DNA from: Verrucomicrobiota bacterium
GTDB lineage: Bacteria; Verrucomicrobiota; Lentisphaeria; Lentisphaerales; Lentisphaeraceae
Assembly: GCA_039798785.1 (NCBI GenBank)
Contig: JBDKFG010000037.1
Coordinates: forward strand, 1-45,509
DNA length: 45,509 bases
Direction of reading: 5' to 3'
A program made the translations under genes and the position numbers. Below are positions 17,873 to 28,237 of this stretch, one piece after another (within the stretch, counting starts at the first letter, position 1; each line of letters starts with the position of its first letter). A model generated the notes under the pieces. That model had not been told where the DNA came from and ran no database searches. It saw nothing but the letters and a program-made list of their open reading frames with translations.

Positions 17873-20545
17873 TTATTGACGGGTGATTTTGCGAATGACG
17901 ACCTGGCCGCTGGACTTGTCGCCGCCTTCGCCTTTGACCTTGAGCTTGACGCCGTATTTGGCGCCGTTGGCGAGGACTTCGAGCTTCAGCTTGTAGACGT
18001 TGTTCTTGTGCTCGTTGCCGGTCCAGCCGGCATGGCTGTCGCGGTGGATTTCGACTCCCTGCTGGATCAAGGCGGCCCACTCGATCGACACGGCGTTGTT
18101 GCCTTCGAGGAACTTGATCTCGACTTCGTACTCGCCTTCGCTTTGGATGAAGTCGCCGCAATCGATGTCGAGCTCCTTGCCGGCGGCAGGGATCATGCCG
18201 GGCTTCCATTCGAGGGCGAGCAAGGCGCCGGAGACCTTCAGGACCTTGGCTTTTTTAAGGCTCTGATTCGAGATCGAATCGTGCACCACAGGGCCCCATT
18301 TCTTCAGGGCTTCGAGCGCGACCTTGATCTCATCGCCGCTGCCGACGTCGAGTCCTTTCCAGTCGTCCTTCGGAGTGTTGACCCAGTTGGTCTCCCAGGC
18401 GGCCATGTCGGTGAAGAACTCATTGGCTCTCCAGGCGGGGCGGTTGCAGGCGAGCTTGATGCCGTCTTCGCTGTAGGGCTTGCCGCTCTCCAGGTGCGAG
18501 GCGAGCAGGGCGTGGAGCTTCTGCCATCTCGGGATGTAGAAGCTGCGGATCAGGCCGGACCATTCGCGCCAGGCGTAGTCGAAGTTGACGTAGGGCTTGT
18601 CCTCGGGACCCCAGAGGGTGAGGAGAATCGAGGCGTTCTTGTCGTACAGCTTGATCTCTTCAGGGGTCGTTCCCCAGCTTCTCGCGGCCTTAAGCCAGTC
18701 GCCGAAGCGGTACTCGCTGCGGGTCTCGCAAAGACGGTCGACATCGGTGAGAAGCTCGATGAATCTGGCGCTGGCCTTGGCGAAGCCGTCCTTGTCCTTG
18801 AGTAGGAAGGCGAGCTTGACGTCCTCATGAGCGTCCTTGGCGTAGTTGGAGAGGACCTGGCGGCCGATGTCGACGACGTCGAAGCGATAGGCCTCGGAGG
18901 CGCCGCAGCGCTCCTTGTCGGCCAGCAGGAGTTCCCAGGCCTGCAAGAGCACTTCCGGCTTGTATTCCATGCGGAATTCGCCGTTCGGGCCGGACTTGAT
19001 GCAGTTCAAAGCCGGGCGGGCGCAGATCATCGAGCCCCATTCGATCCCCGCCGCGCCGGGCTTGTAGGGGCCTTTGGTGCTGAGCAAGGCCCAGGCTTCG
19101 GCCGAAGGGCCGCCGCTGACGCCGTAACGACGGGCGACATAGCCTTGAATCCAATCGGCGACCTGCACCGGCTTGTCCTGCCACCAGATGTCCATCACCA
19201 GGTCATAGAAAACCGGGTTTTGCACGATGCCTTCCATGAAGAGTCCGGTGCCCATGGCGGTCTTGGGATAGGCGAGCCGCGCCTTCATGAAGTTGTTCTT
19301 GGCGACGTTGTCGAGATTGCCGTGCAACTCGGTGCGGCCGCCGAAGTTGTGCAGCTGGCCGGTGGTGAAGTTGTGTCCCCAGAAGCCGTCGGTGCGGCTC
19401 CATTTGTCGCCGGCGAGGTCGAGCACGAGCAGTCGCCCGAGAGGAGCGGCGCGGGCGATGTCTTCGAGGATGGTCCAGGACTGCATGACCCAGACGGAAT
19501 CGGGATCGATTTCGTCGAAGACGCGGTGGATGCTGGCGCCGACGCTAGCAAGATATTTCGGCAATTCGGCCTTGGGGATGTCCTTGGGCGGCTGCGATTC
19601 GTGGAAGGGGTCGGCAGCGTAGAAACCGCCGAGGCCGAAGAGCTTGCCTTGTTCTTCCATGAAGATCTTGCCGAAAGTGCTGAAGAAGGGGTCGAGAGGG
19701 TCGAGCTGCCCGACGCCGGGGCAGTCGCACCAGTTGCCCTGGAGGCGGACTTTGGCGTCGGTGAAGCGCTCCTTGAAGAGGCGGGGCACATGTCCGGAGA
19801 AGCCCTGCTGGATCGGCGTCATGCCGAGCGAGCGCTGGCGGTCGAGCAGCTTCTTGCCGAGGGCGGCGTGGCTGTCGATCCAGCTTTTCGGCAGCGGGCC
19901 AGCCTGGGCTTCGAGGTTCTGCATCCATTGCCAGGCGTGATAAGCCGGACCGGAGAGGAAGGTGCGGGCTTCGATATCGCTGAGGCCGACGCGCAGCAAG
20001 GCCTTGTACCAGACCGCTTCGACGCCGACAATGCCGAGCGGCATGTTGATGCCGTTCATCGCCATGAAGTCGGTCTCCCATTCCCAGCGCTGCCAGTCCC
20101 ACCAGGCCATGCTGTAGCTCAGGGTGCAGTAGTTCATGTAGGCGATCTTGCGCTGCGGCATGACCTGGCGGAACTTGCCGCCAGGGACGGCTTTGATCTC
20201 GGCAGGAGTCAGGTTCATGCGGCTGCCGCACCAGCTCATGTGCTGATTACAAACATGTTTGAGATACCAGTGCCAGCCGGTGGCGATGGCGACACCGGTG
20301 GAGCCGCGGACGACGATCTTGTCGCCGGCGGACTCGACCTCAAAGACGTCGAAGCCGTTCTCCTGCGGGATGAGTTCAAGCTTGAACGAAGCCGCCACGG
20401 CCGGCAATCGACGCTGGATCAGATCGCGCGCCGCCTGCACCTGGGTCTCGCCGCTGGGCGGGGCGACCTTGAGATTGTCGCCGGCAAGAGCGCTGCCGCA
20501 GCACAGCAGCAGGAGCATGAGCAACAGCTGATGGATTTTTTTCAT
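17873..20545 (-). CDS. GH89 alpha-N-acetylglucosaminidase
   Basis: YMNYCTLSYSMAWWDWQRWEWETDFMAMNGIN, DPFHE, LHNFGG, MEGIVQNP, DYAWREWSGL. Confidence 0.95.
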   Translation of the reverse strand: MKKIHQLLLMLLLLCCGSALAGDNLKVAPPSGETQVQAARDLIQRRLPAVAASFKLELIPQENGFDVFEVESAGDKIVVRGSTGVAIATGWHWYLKHVCNQHMSWCGSRMNLTPAEIKAVPGGKFRQVMPQRKIAYMNYCTLSYSMAWWDWQRWEWETDFMAMNGINMPLGIVGVEAVWYKALLRVGLSDIEARTFLSGPAYHAWQWMQNLEAQAGPLPKSWIDSHAALGKKLLDRQRSLGMTPIQQGFSGHVPRLFKERFTDAKVRLQGNWCDCPGVGQLDPLDPFFSTFGKIFMEEQGKLFGLGGFYAADPFHESQPPKDIPKAELPKYLASVGASIHRVFDEIDPDSVWVMQSWTILEDIARAAPLGRLLVLDLAGDKWSRTDGFWGHNFTTGQLHNFGGRTELHGNLDNVAKNNFMKARLAYPKTAMGTGLFMEGIVQNPVFYDLVMDIWWQDKPVQVADWIQGYVARRYGVSGGPSAEAWALLSTKGPYKPGAAGIEWGSMICARPALNCIKSGPNGEFRMEYKPEVLLQAWELLLADKERCGASEAYRFDVVDIGRQVLSNYAKDAHEDVKLAFLLKDKDGFAKASARFIELLTDVDRLCETRSEYRFGDWLKAARSWGTTPEEIKLYDKNASILLTLWGPEDKPYVNFDYAWREWSGLIRSFYIPRWQKLHALLASHLESGKPYSEDGIKLACNRPAWRANEFFTDMAAWETNWVNTPKDDWKGLDVGSGDEIKVALEALKKWGPVVHDSISNQSLKKAKVLKVSGALLALEWKPGMIPAAGKELDIDCGDFIQSEGEYEVEIKFLEGNNAVSIEWAALIQQGVEIHRDSHAGWTGNEHKNNVYKLKLEVLANGAKYGVKLKVKGEGGDKSSGQVVIRKITRQ

Positions 20546-20582
20546 ATCCGTTTCCTTTGTTTTTTTGATGAGAAAGGGCGGC

Positions 20583-23024
20583 TCACTTCAGCTCTTGCGG
20601 CTGTCGCGATTTGAGCAGCTGGTCGTAGCGGCTGTTGCAGCCGAAGATGTGGCTGGCGGCGGCATCGGACTTGATGGCGGGACGGGCGTGATGAGGAAGC
20701 CCGGTCTCGATGCGAAGGCTGGAGTCGGCCTCCAGGACGACGGTGAAGAAGCCGTCGGCATCGGCGGTGAGCTTGATCCCGCTGCTTGAGCCGTCGGCAG
20801 CCAGCACGGTGAATGCCGCTTGCTCGACCTCGACTTTGAATTCAACCCGGCGGCGGCGTCCTGGGCAGTCGATGCGGACGTAGACGTTCTTGCCGTCCTG
20901 ACGATCGGCGCTGACCAGCAGGCCGCCCTGGGCCCGCAAGGAGCGGAACTGCAGCTGCTTCCAGGTGCTGGGCACGGCGGGCAGGATGCGCAGGCGTCCG
21001 TCCCAGCTTTGCAGCAGCATGTCGTGCATGCTGGTAGCGGCGGAGAAGGGGCTTTCGATCACCGGGTTCCCCTCCGAGTACATGGTGGTCGAGGAGACGT
21101 TCCGGTACGGCAGGAAATTGAGGTATTTGAGCGCTTCGTCACCCTGGTGCAGAAGCGCGTACATCGAGGCGGCGCCGGTGCAGGTGTAGCCGGTGACGGC
21201 CATTGCCTTGGAGTGGTTTTTGCCGGTGTCGAGATTGGTCTTCAGCCAGTGCTCGAGCGACTTGCGCAGGAGAGCAGCATCCTTCTCGGGGCTGAGGTCG
21301 AAGAGCGGGTAGAAGGCGAGAAGGTGCGAGTAGTGGCGGTGCGCCTGATCGAAGGGAATGTCGCGGCCGATGCGCAGGCCGTTTTCATCGGTGGCATAGG
21401 GAGCGAGGCGATCGAGGATATCGCGCCATTCCCCGGCGAGAGGATCCTGGAGATTGAAATCCTTGTCGAGCTGGAGCAGGGTCTTGCACGACCAGCGGAT
21501 CAGCGACAGGGTGTAGGTGATGTCGGTGCCGGTGCCGCCCGGATATTCCGGCGACCAAGTGTTGAGGGTGTGGATCTTGCCGTCCTTGATCTTGAGATCG
21601 GGATGATCCTTGAGGTAACGGCGGTAGGCGTTGACCGCCCGGCGCAGCAGCGGGAAGAGTCCGTTCTTCATCCGCACGGGATCATCGGCGAAGCGGCAGT
21701 GCAGCCAGTAGTTGTGCAGCAGCCAGACCATGTGGTCGGGGATCTTCTTGCCGCAGGGCCCTTTCATGTCGGCCGGGAAAATGGTGTCGGCATTGAGGCA
21801 ATCGGCGCGCCACTCGGGGTGAACATTGTTGATCAGGTTGGGCGTGTAGCGATCGAGCTGATTGATCAGGGATTCCCCGACTTTCAGGCGATTCGAAGTG
21901 AGATGGGTCCAGTAGATCAGCTGGGCATTGAGGTCGGTCCAGATCATCGGCCAGAAGCCCGGCTGATACCAGGGGCCGAAGACGTCGATGAGCATGCCGC
22001 TGTCGCGAGTGGCGGAGGCGAACTTGTACATCTGGATCCAGTAGAACTGCTCCCAGAAGGAATCCTCGATGGAGATGAAGCTGAGCGGGTAGAACTCATG
22101 CCACCACAAACGGTGCGTCTGGAGGTAGCTGCCTTGGCCTTGTTCGTCCTCGGCGCGGCGGAGGATCTGCCGGGCCTTGCCGAGGCTTTCGCCCAGCTGA
22201 GTGGAGAACTGGATGCTGCCGTGGATGGCCACGGCGTCGCCGGTGTTTTTCTCCTTCCACGCGGTGATCAGTTCGCCGGAATCGGCAAAGAGGATCTGGC
22301 GGCAATAGCTGCCTTCCGAGTCGTCGACAGTCTGCGACGGCGGCGCCTTTTCATACGGCGCGCTGGTGAAGTTGACGTGCATGGCGTCCGGCTTGGTCTT
22401 GCTGGCGGCGGCGCGTTTCATCGCGGCCTCACAGACGCTGCGGGCGTGGGAATAGGCTTCGATGGGCTGCCACTCCAGCTTCACGGCTTCGCCGTTTTCC
22501 GCCGTCGCGTCGATGGCGAAGGAGTCGTACAGGCTGTGCACCAGCGCGTGGAGAGTGTAGGCTCCTTTCGAGGTGACGACCCGGCCGCGCAGCTCGGCGT
22601 TCCACAGATCCAGCCGCCAGTCGACGGAGACGATATTGCCCGACGACTTGAGCCGGAAGAAACCGATCGGCAGGCGGCCGCGGTAGATCCAGGTGTTGGG
22701 GTTGCCCTTGACCGGCGGCCGGTTGTCGTAATAATCGCCGCGGCCGACATGGATCGCCAGCTCGTTGGCCGCGCATTCCCGTCCTTGGAAGACCATGAGG
22801 CCGAGCATGCCGTTGCCGAGGTAGGGTGCCTGCTGCCATTCCTTCGGCAGCTTGTCCCAGACCATGTCCTGACGGCCGATGAACGCCGGCCAGTCGACCG
22901 GGCCGAGATCTTCCGAGGCGAGGAGGGATGTGGAAGCTGGCGGCCTCATGCAGCCCGGGAGAAGCGGCAGCGCCAGCCCGACGCCGACCGCGGCCTTGAG
23001 CAGATCTCTTCTCGCCATCGCCAT
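20583..23024 (-). CDS. GH95-like glycoside hydrolase (fucosidase/L-galactosidase-like), Tat-exported
   Basis: RRDLLK Tat motif, YLGNGMLG, SPEY, HRHYSHLLAFYP, DMLLQSWDG..ILPAVP; AGGAGA RBS before ATG 23024. Confidence 0.82.
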   Translation of the reverse strand: MAMARRDLLKAAVGVGLALPLLPGCMRPPASTSLLASEDLGPVDWPAFIGRQDMVWDKLPKEWQQAPYLGNGMLGLMVFQGRECAANELAIHVGRGDYYDNRPPVKGNPNTWIYRGRLPIGFFRLKSSGNIVSVDWRLDLWNAELRGRVVTSKGAYTLHALVHSLYDSFAIDATAENGEAVKLEWQPIEAYSHARSVCEAAMKRAAASKTKPDAMHVNFTSAPYEKAPPSQTVDDSEGSYCRQILFADSGELITAWKEKNTGDAVAIHGSIQFSTQLGESLGKARQILRRAEDEQGQGSYLQTHRLWWHEFYPLSFISIEDSFWEQFYWIQMYKFASATRDSGMLIDVFGPWYQPGFWPMIWTDLNAQLIYWTHLTSNRLKVGESLINQLDRYTPNLINNVHPEWRADCLNADTIFPADMKGPCGKKIPDHMVWLLHNYWLHCRFADDPVRMKNGLFPLLRRAVNAYRRYLKDHPDLKIKDGKIHTLNTWSPEYPGGTGTDITYTLSLIRWSCKTLLQLDKDFNLQDPLAGEWRDILDRLAPYATDENGLRIGRDIPFDQAHRHYSHLLAFYPLFDLSPEKDAALLRKSLEHWLKTNLDTGKNHSKAMAVTGYTCTGAASMYALLHQGDEALKYLNFLPYRNVSSTTMYSEGNPVIESPFSAATSMHDMLLQSWDGRLRILPAVPSTWKQLQFRSLRAQGGLLVSADRQDGKNVYVRIDCPGRRRRVEFKVEVEQAAFTVLAADGSSSGIKLTADADGFFTVVLEADSSLRIETGLPHHARPAIKSDAAASHIFGCNSRYDQLLKSRQPQELK

Positions 23025-23162
23025 GGGCACGTCTCCTTGGATGTCCTGTGATTTCCGCCTTGTTTCGGGCCCCGGCCATGACAAATCCGGAGATTTTCGT
23101 CGACGCTGCGTGGCGCTTCCGGCGTCAGGGGCAAGACTATCTCATCCGCCATTGCCAGGCCA

Positions 23163-23196
23163 TGGCAGGATTTTACATAATGATGTCAATTTGATG
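23163..23196 (-). promoter_or_regulatory. Putative AraC-type tandem binding site (21-bp period) upstream of the GH95 operon
   Basis: + strand TGGCAGGATTTT at 23163 and TGTCAATTTGAT at 23184. Confidence 0.5.
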
Positions 23197-23206
23197 CAGG
23201 ACCGCC

Positions 23207-24067
23207 ATGAACCACGACATTCTCGGCCCTTCTCAGACTCCCGCCTACCTGCGCGTCCTCAAGGGGCTGGATCTGGAGATCGTCCGCTTCAGCTACCAGG
23301 TGATCGGACCGGCGGACTGGAATTACGACGGCGATCACCTGACCGACAGCCGCCACCACATCCATTTCCCGATTTCGGTCGAGGACGAGGTGCTGATCGG
23401 CCATCCCGGCGAGCGTCTGTCCCGCATCGTGCCCGGGCGGCCTTTCCTGGCGCCCTCTGGCGCCCTCCTCCATCGCCAGAGCCGGGGCCTCTACGAGAAC
23501 TTCTATTGTGTCTTCACCCTTGAATCTGCGCCAGGCGCCGACTTCCTCAAGGACTGTCGACGCATCGTCTTCCTCGATGCTTTTGACCCGGTCCGATTCA
23601 AGAAGCTCTGGCATGGCGCCGAGATGGGCTGCTCCTCCTACTGGGAATTGAGCTCCTTCATCCAGAGCCAGCTGGCCCGGAACCTCCCCGACCTTGCTGA
23701 AACGGTCGCTCGACAGGCGGTCATCTATGAAAGCCTGGCCGACATCCTCAACTACATCGACAGCCATCTCGACGCCTCCCTCCAGATCGCCACCCTGGCG
23801 GAGATCAAGGGGATGGACAGGAGCGCCTTCACCCGCCATTTCAAGAAGCTGATGGGGCTGTCGCCGAAAGACTATCTCGAGCAGGAGCTCAACCGTCGCG
23901 CCCAGGATCTCATCCTCGGCACCGATCTGCGCATGAACGAGATCGCGGACCGGCTCGGCTTCCTCGATCAGTATGGTTTCAGTCGGGCTTTCTCGAAGCA
24001 GAATGGCATGTCGCCGATGCGTTTCCGGGAGCGCTTCTCCTTCAAGCGTCCTTCCAGCCTGAAGTGA
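23207..24067 (+). CDS. AraC-family transcriptional regulator
   Basis: C-terminal double HTH: FTRHFKKLMGLSPKDY, IADRLGFLDQYGFSRAFSKQNGMSPMRFR. Confidence 0.95.
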   Translation: MNHDILGPSQTPAYLRVLKGLDLEIVRFSYQVIGPADWNYDGDHLTDSRHHIHFPISVEDEVLIGHPGERLSRIVPGRPFLAPSGALLHRQSRGLYENFYCVFTLESAPGADFLKDCRRIVFLDAFDPVRFKKLWHGAEMGCSSYWELSSFIQSQLARNLPDLAETVARQAVIYESLADILNYIDSHLDASLQIATLAEIKGMDRSAFTRHFKKLMGLSPKDYLEQELNRRAQDLILGTDLRMNEIADRLGFLDQYGFSRAFSKQNGMSPMRFRERFSFKRPSSLK

Positions 24068-24332
24068 CGCGTTGTAGGCCTTCCTGAAGTCCGGAAGCGG
24101 CAAGGCGAGGGCGGCGAGGCTTCCGAAAATTTTCAATCCAGGGCTCCAAAAAGCTATCGCATCACGACGGCGGACACTCCTGCGGCCTCGTACCTTGCGC
24201 GGGAGCACCCAGCCCGCACGAGCGTTCTCAGGTCGATGACCTGAGCTCATCAACAACAATGAAGATGCGGCAGCTTCATAAAGACGAGGAGTCTCCACCA
24301 GACGAAGAATCCGGTTGGTCGTCATCGTCGCG

Positions 24333-24368
24333 GGTCACATATTGCCATTATTTGGCAAAGAACGGCCA
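24333..24368 (+). promoter_or_regulatory. Putative AraC-type tandem binding site upstream of the DUF1501 operon
   Basis: GGTCACATATTGCCA (24333) and GGCAAAGAACGGCCA (24354), 21 bp apart. Confidence 0.5.
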
Positions 24369-24503
24369 TGGTCGCCGATGGTGTCCTGAGGTTAAATACC
24401 AACGTGATCGAGCTCTGTCGCAGATCGAAATCATCTGGAGCGACGGTGTGATTGCCATAAATGCCAATCATGCAACCCGTAAATCGAAGAGGAGGGGACA
24501 AGG

Positions 24504-25721
24504 ATGCACAGACGCAGTTTCATCGGTGGCGCGGCCGCCAGCCTTGCCGGCATGGCCGGAGTCCGGGGGGCGCTTGCCGCTCCGGCGGCGAAGTTCAAGC
24601 CCTACAGGCACTTCGTCTTCGTCGTCCTGCCTGGGGGCCCGTCGCAGTTCGAGACCTGGGATCCCAAGCCGGGTCATGTCAACGGCGGACCGACCAAGGC
24701 GATCGACACCAAGGTGAAGGGCATGCGCTGGGCCGAGAACATGGCTCCCCTGGTCGAGTACAGTGACAACATCGCCGTGGTGCGCACGACTTCAGGGATC
24801 GGAGCTCACGATCTGGCCTACAAGTACACGATGACGGGCGGCTTCACCCCGAATCCGCGGGTAGATCACCCTTCCCTCAGCTCGACCATCGGCTGGGGTC
24901 TCTATGATCCGGAGCGCGATTTGCCGCCGGTGGTCTCGTCCTACAGCGGATTCTACGGGGCCCAGGGCGGCGGCTTTCTCGGCAACACCTTCGACCAGTA
25001 TCCGATGGGCAGCAAGCTGGAGGTGGACGAGCAGTGGCGCGGACGGATGGAGCGTGCGAATCAGCTGCGCGAGGAGTACTACGCACTTTCGCCCCTGCGG
25101 CTGCACCGCGACTTCCAGGAGGAGGTCAAGCATCAGTCCCGAGCTTCGCGTCTGACCCTGGGGATCTCCCACCGGGCCTTCGATGTCAGCCAGGAATCGC
25201 AGAAGACGCGTGAATTCTACGGTCCCGGCTTCGGCGAGAGCTGTCTCAGGGCCCGTCGCCTGATCATGGCCGGGGTCACTTCGATCGAGATCACCTGCGC
25301 CTTCTGGGACACCCACCAGGACAATTTCGGCGCCTCGGCGCGATCGGCGGCAGTGCTGACCAGGGGGCTGGGCTGTCTGATCTCCGAGCTGAAGGAGCTC
25401 GATCTGTTTGAACAGACCCTGATCCTCGTCGGCGGCGAGATGGGGCGTTCGCCGCAGATCGAGAAGCAGACTGAGGGGAGGGGGCATTTTCCCCAGAACA
25501 GCTGCTTCGCGCTGATCGGCGGCGGCATCAAAGGGCAGAGCATAGGCGAGTCTTCTCAGGACGGTCTCAGCCTGGCCCAGCCGATCACCATGGGGCAGCT
25601 TTCCTATTCCGTCCTCGAGCTGATGGGGATGCGGCCCCTCGGCTTCTTCGAGGATCCGGTTTCGGGCCGGCCCCAGCGCTACTGCGCGGGCGACACCGGC
25701 CTCCCCGCCGCTCTGGTTTGA
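24504..25721 (+). CDS. DUF1501 domain protein, Tat-exported
   Basis: MHRRSFIG; LPGGPSQFETWDPKP, WDTHQDNF, GEMGRSP, GRGHFP. Confidence 0.9.
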   Translation: MHRRSFIGGAAASLAGMAGVRGALAAPAAKFKPYRHFVFVVLPGGPSQFETWDPKPGHVNGGPTKAIDTKVKGMRWAENMAPLVEYSDNIAVVRTTSGIGAHDLAYKYTMTGGFTPNPRVDHPSLSSTIGWGLYDPERDLPPVVSSYSGFYGAQGGGFLGNTFDQYPMGSKLEVDEQWRGRMERANQLREEYYALSPLRLHRDFQEEVKHQSRASRLTLGISHRAFDVSQESQKTREFYGPGFGESCLRARRLIMAGVTSIEITCAFWDTHQDNFGASARSAAVLTRGLGCLISELKELDLFEQTLILVGGEMGRSPQIEKQTEGRGHFPQNSCFALIGGGIKGQSIGESSQDGLSLAQPITMGQLSYSVLELMGMRPLGFFEDPVSGRPQRYCAGDTGLPAALV

Positions 25722-25733
25722 GCGGGGTTCGCG

Positions 25734-26372
25734 ATGATCGCCGTTTTCGCATTCGCCCTGCTCCTCGGAGCCGGTGCGGACGACGCCGGATTGCGCTTCC
25801 TCGAGGTGGAGAGCCAGGCCGGCATAGCAGTCCCTGCCGGCGAGGCGGCCGAAGCCCGTCCCGGCCGTCCCGTCCGCCTCGTCCTGCGCTTAAGGAACGT
25901 CGGCGACGAGGCGCTGAAGTTCGATCCCGGGATGCTTAGGGTCCTGCGGGATGCGCCGGGGGGGGGCAAGGAGCTTGAGCTTGTGCCCATGGCCACCGGC
26001 TCCGAGCTGCGGCTGCAGCAGCGTCTGGCTGCGCGCAAGGGGCTGCTCGCCGCCCTCGAGGCCGCCGCGCCCGGAGAGTTGGAAGCCCAGCTGCTGCTCC
26101 ATTATCCGCAAGTCCCGCAGGCGGAGCGCAGCCTCGACAAGGCCAGGGGGCAGCTGCAGAACGAGATCACCTCCGTCTTCGCCGATTTGAAAGCGCTGGC
26201 GGCATGGAGGGAGGGAGGCCGGATCCCCCCGCACTCTTGCCTTGAGCTTGCCTTCAAGTCCCGGCTTCCGGAGGGGTTCGATGCGGACCGGCCCGAATGC
26301 CGCCTCACTCTCCGGATCCAGCCACCCGGCGGCACACCTTTCAACTTTCCCGCCGTCGCCAGGGTTGAATGA
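25734..26372 (+). CDS. Secreted hypothetical protein (212 aa)
   Basis: Signal-peptide-like N-terminus; position in the operon. Confidence 0.7.
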   Translation: MIAVFAFALLLGAGADDAGLRFLEVESQAGIAVPAGEAAEARPGRPVRLVLRLRNVGDEALKFDPGMLRVLRDAPGGGKELELVPMATGSELRLQQRLAARKGLLAALEAAAPGELEAQLLLHYPQVPQAERSLDKARGQLQNEITSVFADLKALAAWREGGRIPPHSCLELAFKSRLPEGFDADRPECRLTLRIQPPGGTPFNFPAVARVE

Positions 26373-26426
26373 GCCTTTCCCGGCCCTCCGGCCGTCCCAC
26401 ACTTCATCCAACAGGAGATTTCCCCG

Positions 26427-28208
26427 ATGAGCCTCATCCTCACTGCCTTTCTCGCCTTGGCCGGCGCCCCGGAGGCCGGAGGCGCAGAGACCGGCCAGGC
26501 CGCGACGGATGCGCCCAAGACGCGCAAGAATCGCGATGCGGTCCGCAGCGCCCCTTCTGACGCCCTGGTGCGCCGTCTATACCTGGATCTTTTCAACCGA
26601 GTGCCCGAGCTCGAAGAGTTCGGCCAGGCCGTACGGATGATCGACACCGGCGGCTACGCCGAGTTGGTCGATCTGATGATGAAAAGCCAGGAGTACCAGC
26701 TCAACCTCGCCGCCAAGGTGGTGAATCATTACGCGCCTCCCTTGAAGGACCGCAACCACGGCCTGGTCGACTACAAGCGCCTCGAGACCCACCTCAAGGA
26801 CCGCTACCTCAAGCCCGGCGGCGACTTCCGGGTCTTCCTGGAGGACATGCTCAAGGCCCGAGGTCTCGCCATCTCCAATCCCCTGGTTCTTTTCTACAGC
26901 GACAAGGAGTCAGTCCCGGTGATCACCTCCCGCTTCACCGAGCGGGTGATGGGCGTTCCGATGGGCTGCGCCGAATGCCATGACCACAGGGTCCATCCGG
27001 ACATCAAGATCACTGATTTCTGGCAGCTCGCCGCTTTCTACCAGGGTTTCGAGAAGACTTACATCGCCAACGAAGAGAAGCTCGACAGCCTGGAGCGGAA
27101 GCTTGGCGAAAAGGACCGAGACGGCAGGCCGAAGCTCGCGGCACTGCTCGGACAGCCGGAGTACAAACGCATCCTGTCGTGGATCGAGGCGGAAAAGAAG
27201 GGCGTGTCGATCTACGACGAGCTAAGTGACAAGGACAAGCTCGGCGTCGACCCGAGCAACCGGGTAGCCACCGTCGAGGAGGCGCGGATGAAGAAGATGG
27301 CCGGCCGAGACGAGGCCACCCTGCTCGCTCCCCAGCTCTATCTGTACGAGGACAAGGTCCGTCTCAGCAAGATCGAGATCACTTATCCGGTGAAAGGGGT
27401 GATGCACAGCGCCAAGGCCCGCCTCTTTCGCGACGAGAGAGGCATTGATGAGACCCGGCAGCCTCGCGACATGCTCGCCAAGTGGATGGCCACCCAGCAA
27501 GGCCGCTACGTCTCCCGTGCTGTTGCCAACTGGGTCGGAAACTGGCTCTACGGCCGTGCTCTCGCCCTGCCGGTGAACGACGTCTACGACACCAGGAACG
27601 CCACGCTCCAGATCGCCGCTTTCGCAGACCTGCTGGAGAAGGAGCGCTGGGACATCAACGCGCTGGTGCGCGGCATCGTCCTGTCGCCGGCTTACCGGAT
27701 GCCCTCTTCGCCGGAATCGGACGAGGAGAAGTTCATGGCCTTCAAGGCCCGCAGACTGCGGCATCTCAGCGGCGAGCAGCTGGTGAACTCTCTCAACGGC
27801 GCCTACCTCTCCCGGCTCCGCCGCGACGGCAGCGTCGGCGCCATGCGCCAGCTCTACCTGGCGGAGCTTGACCGCAACGAGATGGTGCAGTCGCTGTTCC
27901 CTGCTTCGTTGGGCGACAGCGAGGCGAGCTATCGCGGCACTTTGAACCAGACTCTTTTCCTCTCTTCGAACAAGCGCATGCTGGACTTCGCCCACAAGCT
28001 CGCCCAAGCTGGCTACAATGCCCGCCAGGGCAGCTCTCACGAAGCCTGGATCGACTCGATCTTCGTCCGCTTCTACTCCCGTCATTGCAGCCCCGAGGAG
28101 CTGGCCTTCTTCGATGCCAAGCTCGATGCTGGCAAGAGCTACGAGCAGTCGGGTTTCTTCGAGGCGGTCTGGGCCCTGCTCAATTCCCCGGAGATGCGGC
28201 TTTACTGA
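26427..28208 (+). CDS. DUF1549/DUF1553 (PSCyt2/PSD1) domain protein with a CxxCH motif
   Basis: LVRRLYLDL, MGCAECHDH, FWQLAAFY, IVLSPAYR, WALLNSPE; AGGAG RBS. Confidence 0.88.
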   Translation: MSLILTAFLALAGAPEAGGAETGQAATDAPKTRKNRDAVRSAPSDALVRRLYLDLFNRVPELEEFGQAVRMIDTGGYAELVDLMMKSQEYQLNLAAKVVNHYAPPLKDRNHGLVDYKRLETHLKDRYLKPGGDFRVFLEDMLKARGLAISNPLVLFYSDKESVPVITSRFTERVMGVPMGCAECHDHRVHPDIKITDFWQLAAFYQGFEKTYIANEEKLDSLERKLGEKDRDGRPKLAALLGQPEYKRILSWIEAEKKGVSIYDELSDKDKLGVDPSNRVATVEEARMKKMAGRDEATLLAPQLYLYEDKVRLSKIEITYPVKGVMHSAKARLFRDERGIDETRQPRDMLAKWMATQQGRYVSRAVANWVGNWLYGRALALPVNDVYDTRNATLQIAAFADLLEKERWDINALVRGIVLSPAYRMPSSPESDEEKFMAFKARRLRHLSGEQLVNSLNGAYLSRLRRDGSVGAMRQLYLAELDRNEMVQSLFPASLGDSEASYRGTLNQTLFLSSNKRMLDFAHKLAQAGYNARQGSSHEAWIDSIFVRFYSRHCSPEELAFFDAKLDAGKSYEQSGFFEAVWALLNSPEMRLY

Positions 28209-28237
28209 GCCGCCGCAACACGATGGAGGATCCCCCC

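Noticed and set aside
16511..23051. Long + strand ORFs (764, 595 and 743 aa) and many similar overlapping ORFs across the window
   Set aside because: Antisense or alternate-frame shadows expected in high-GC coding DNA, with no recognisable motifs
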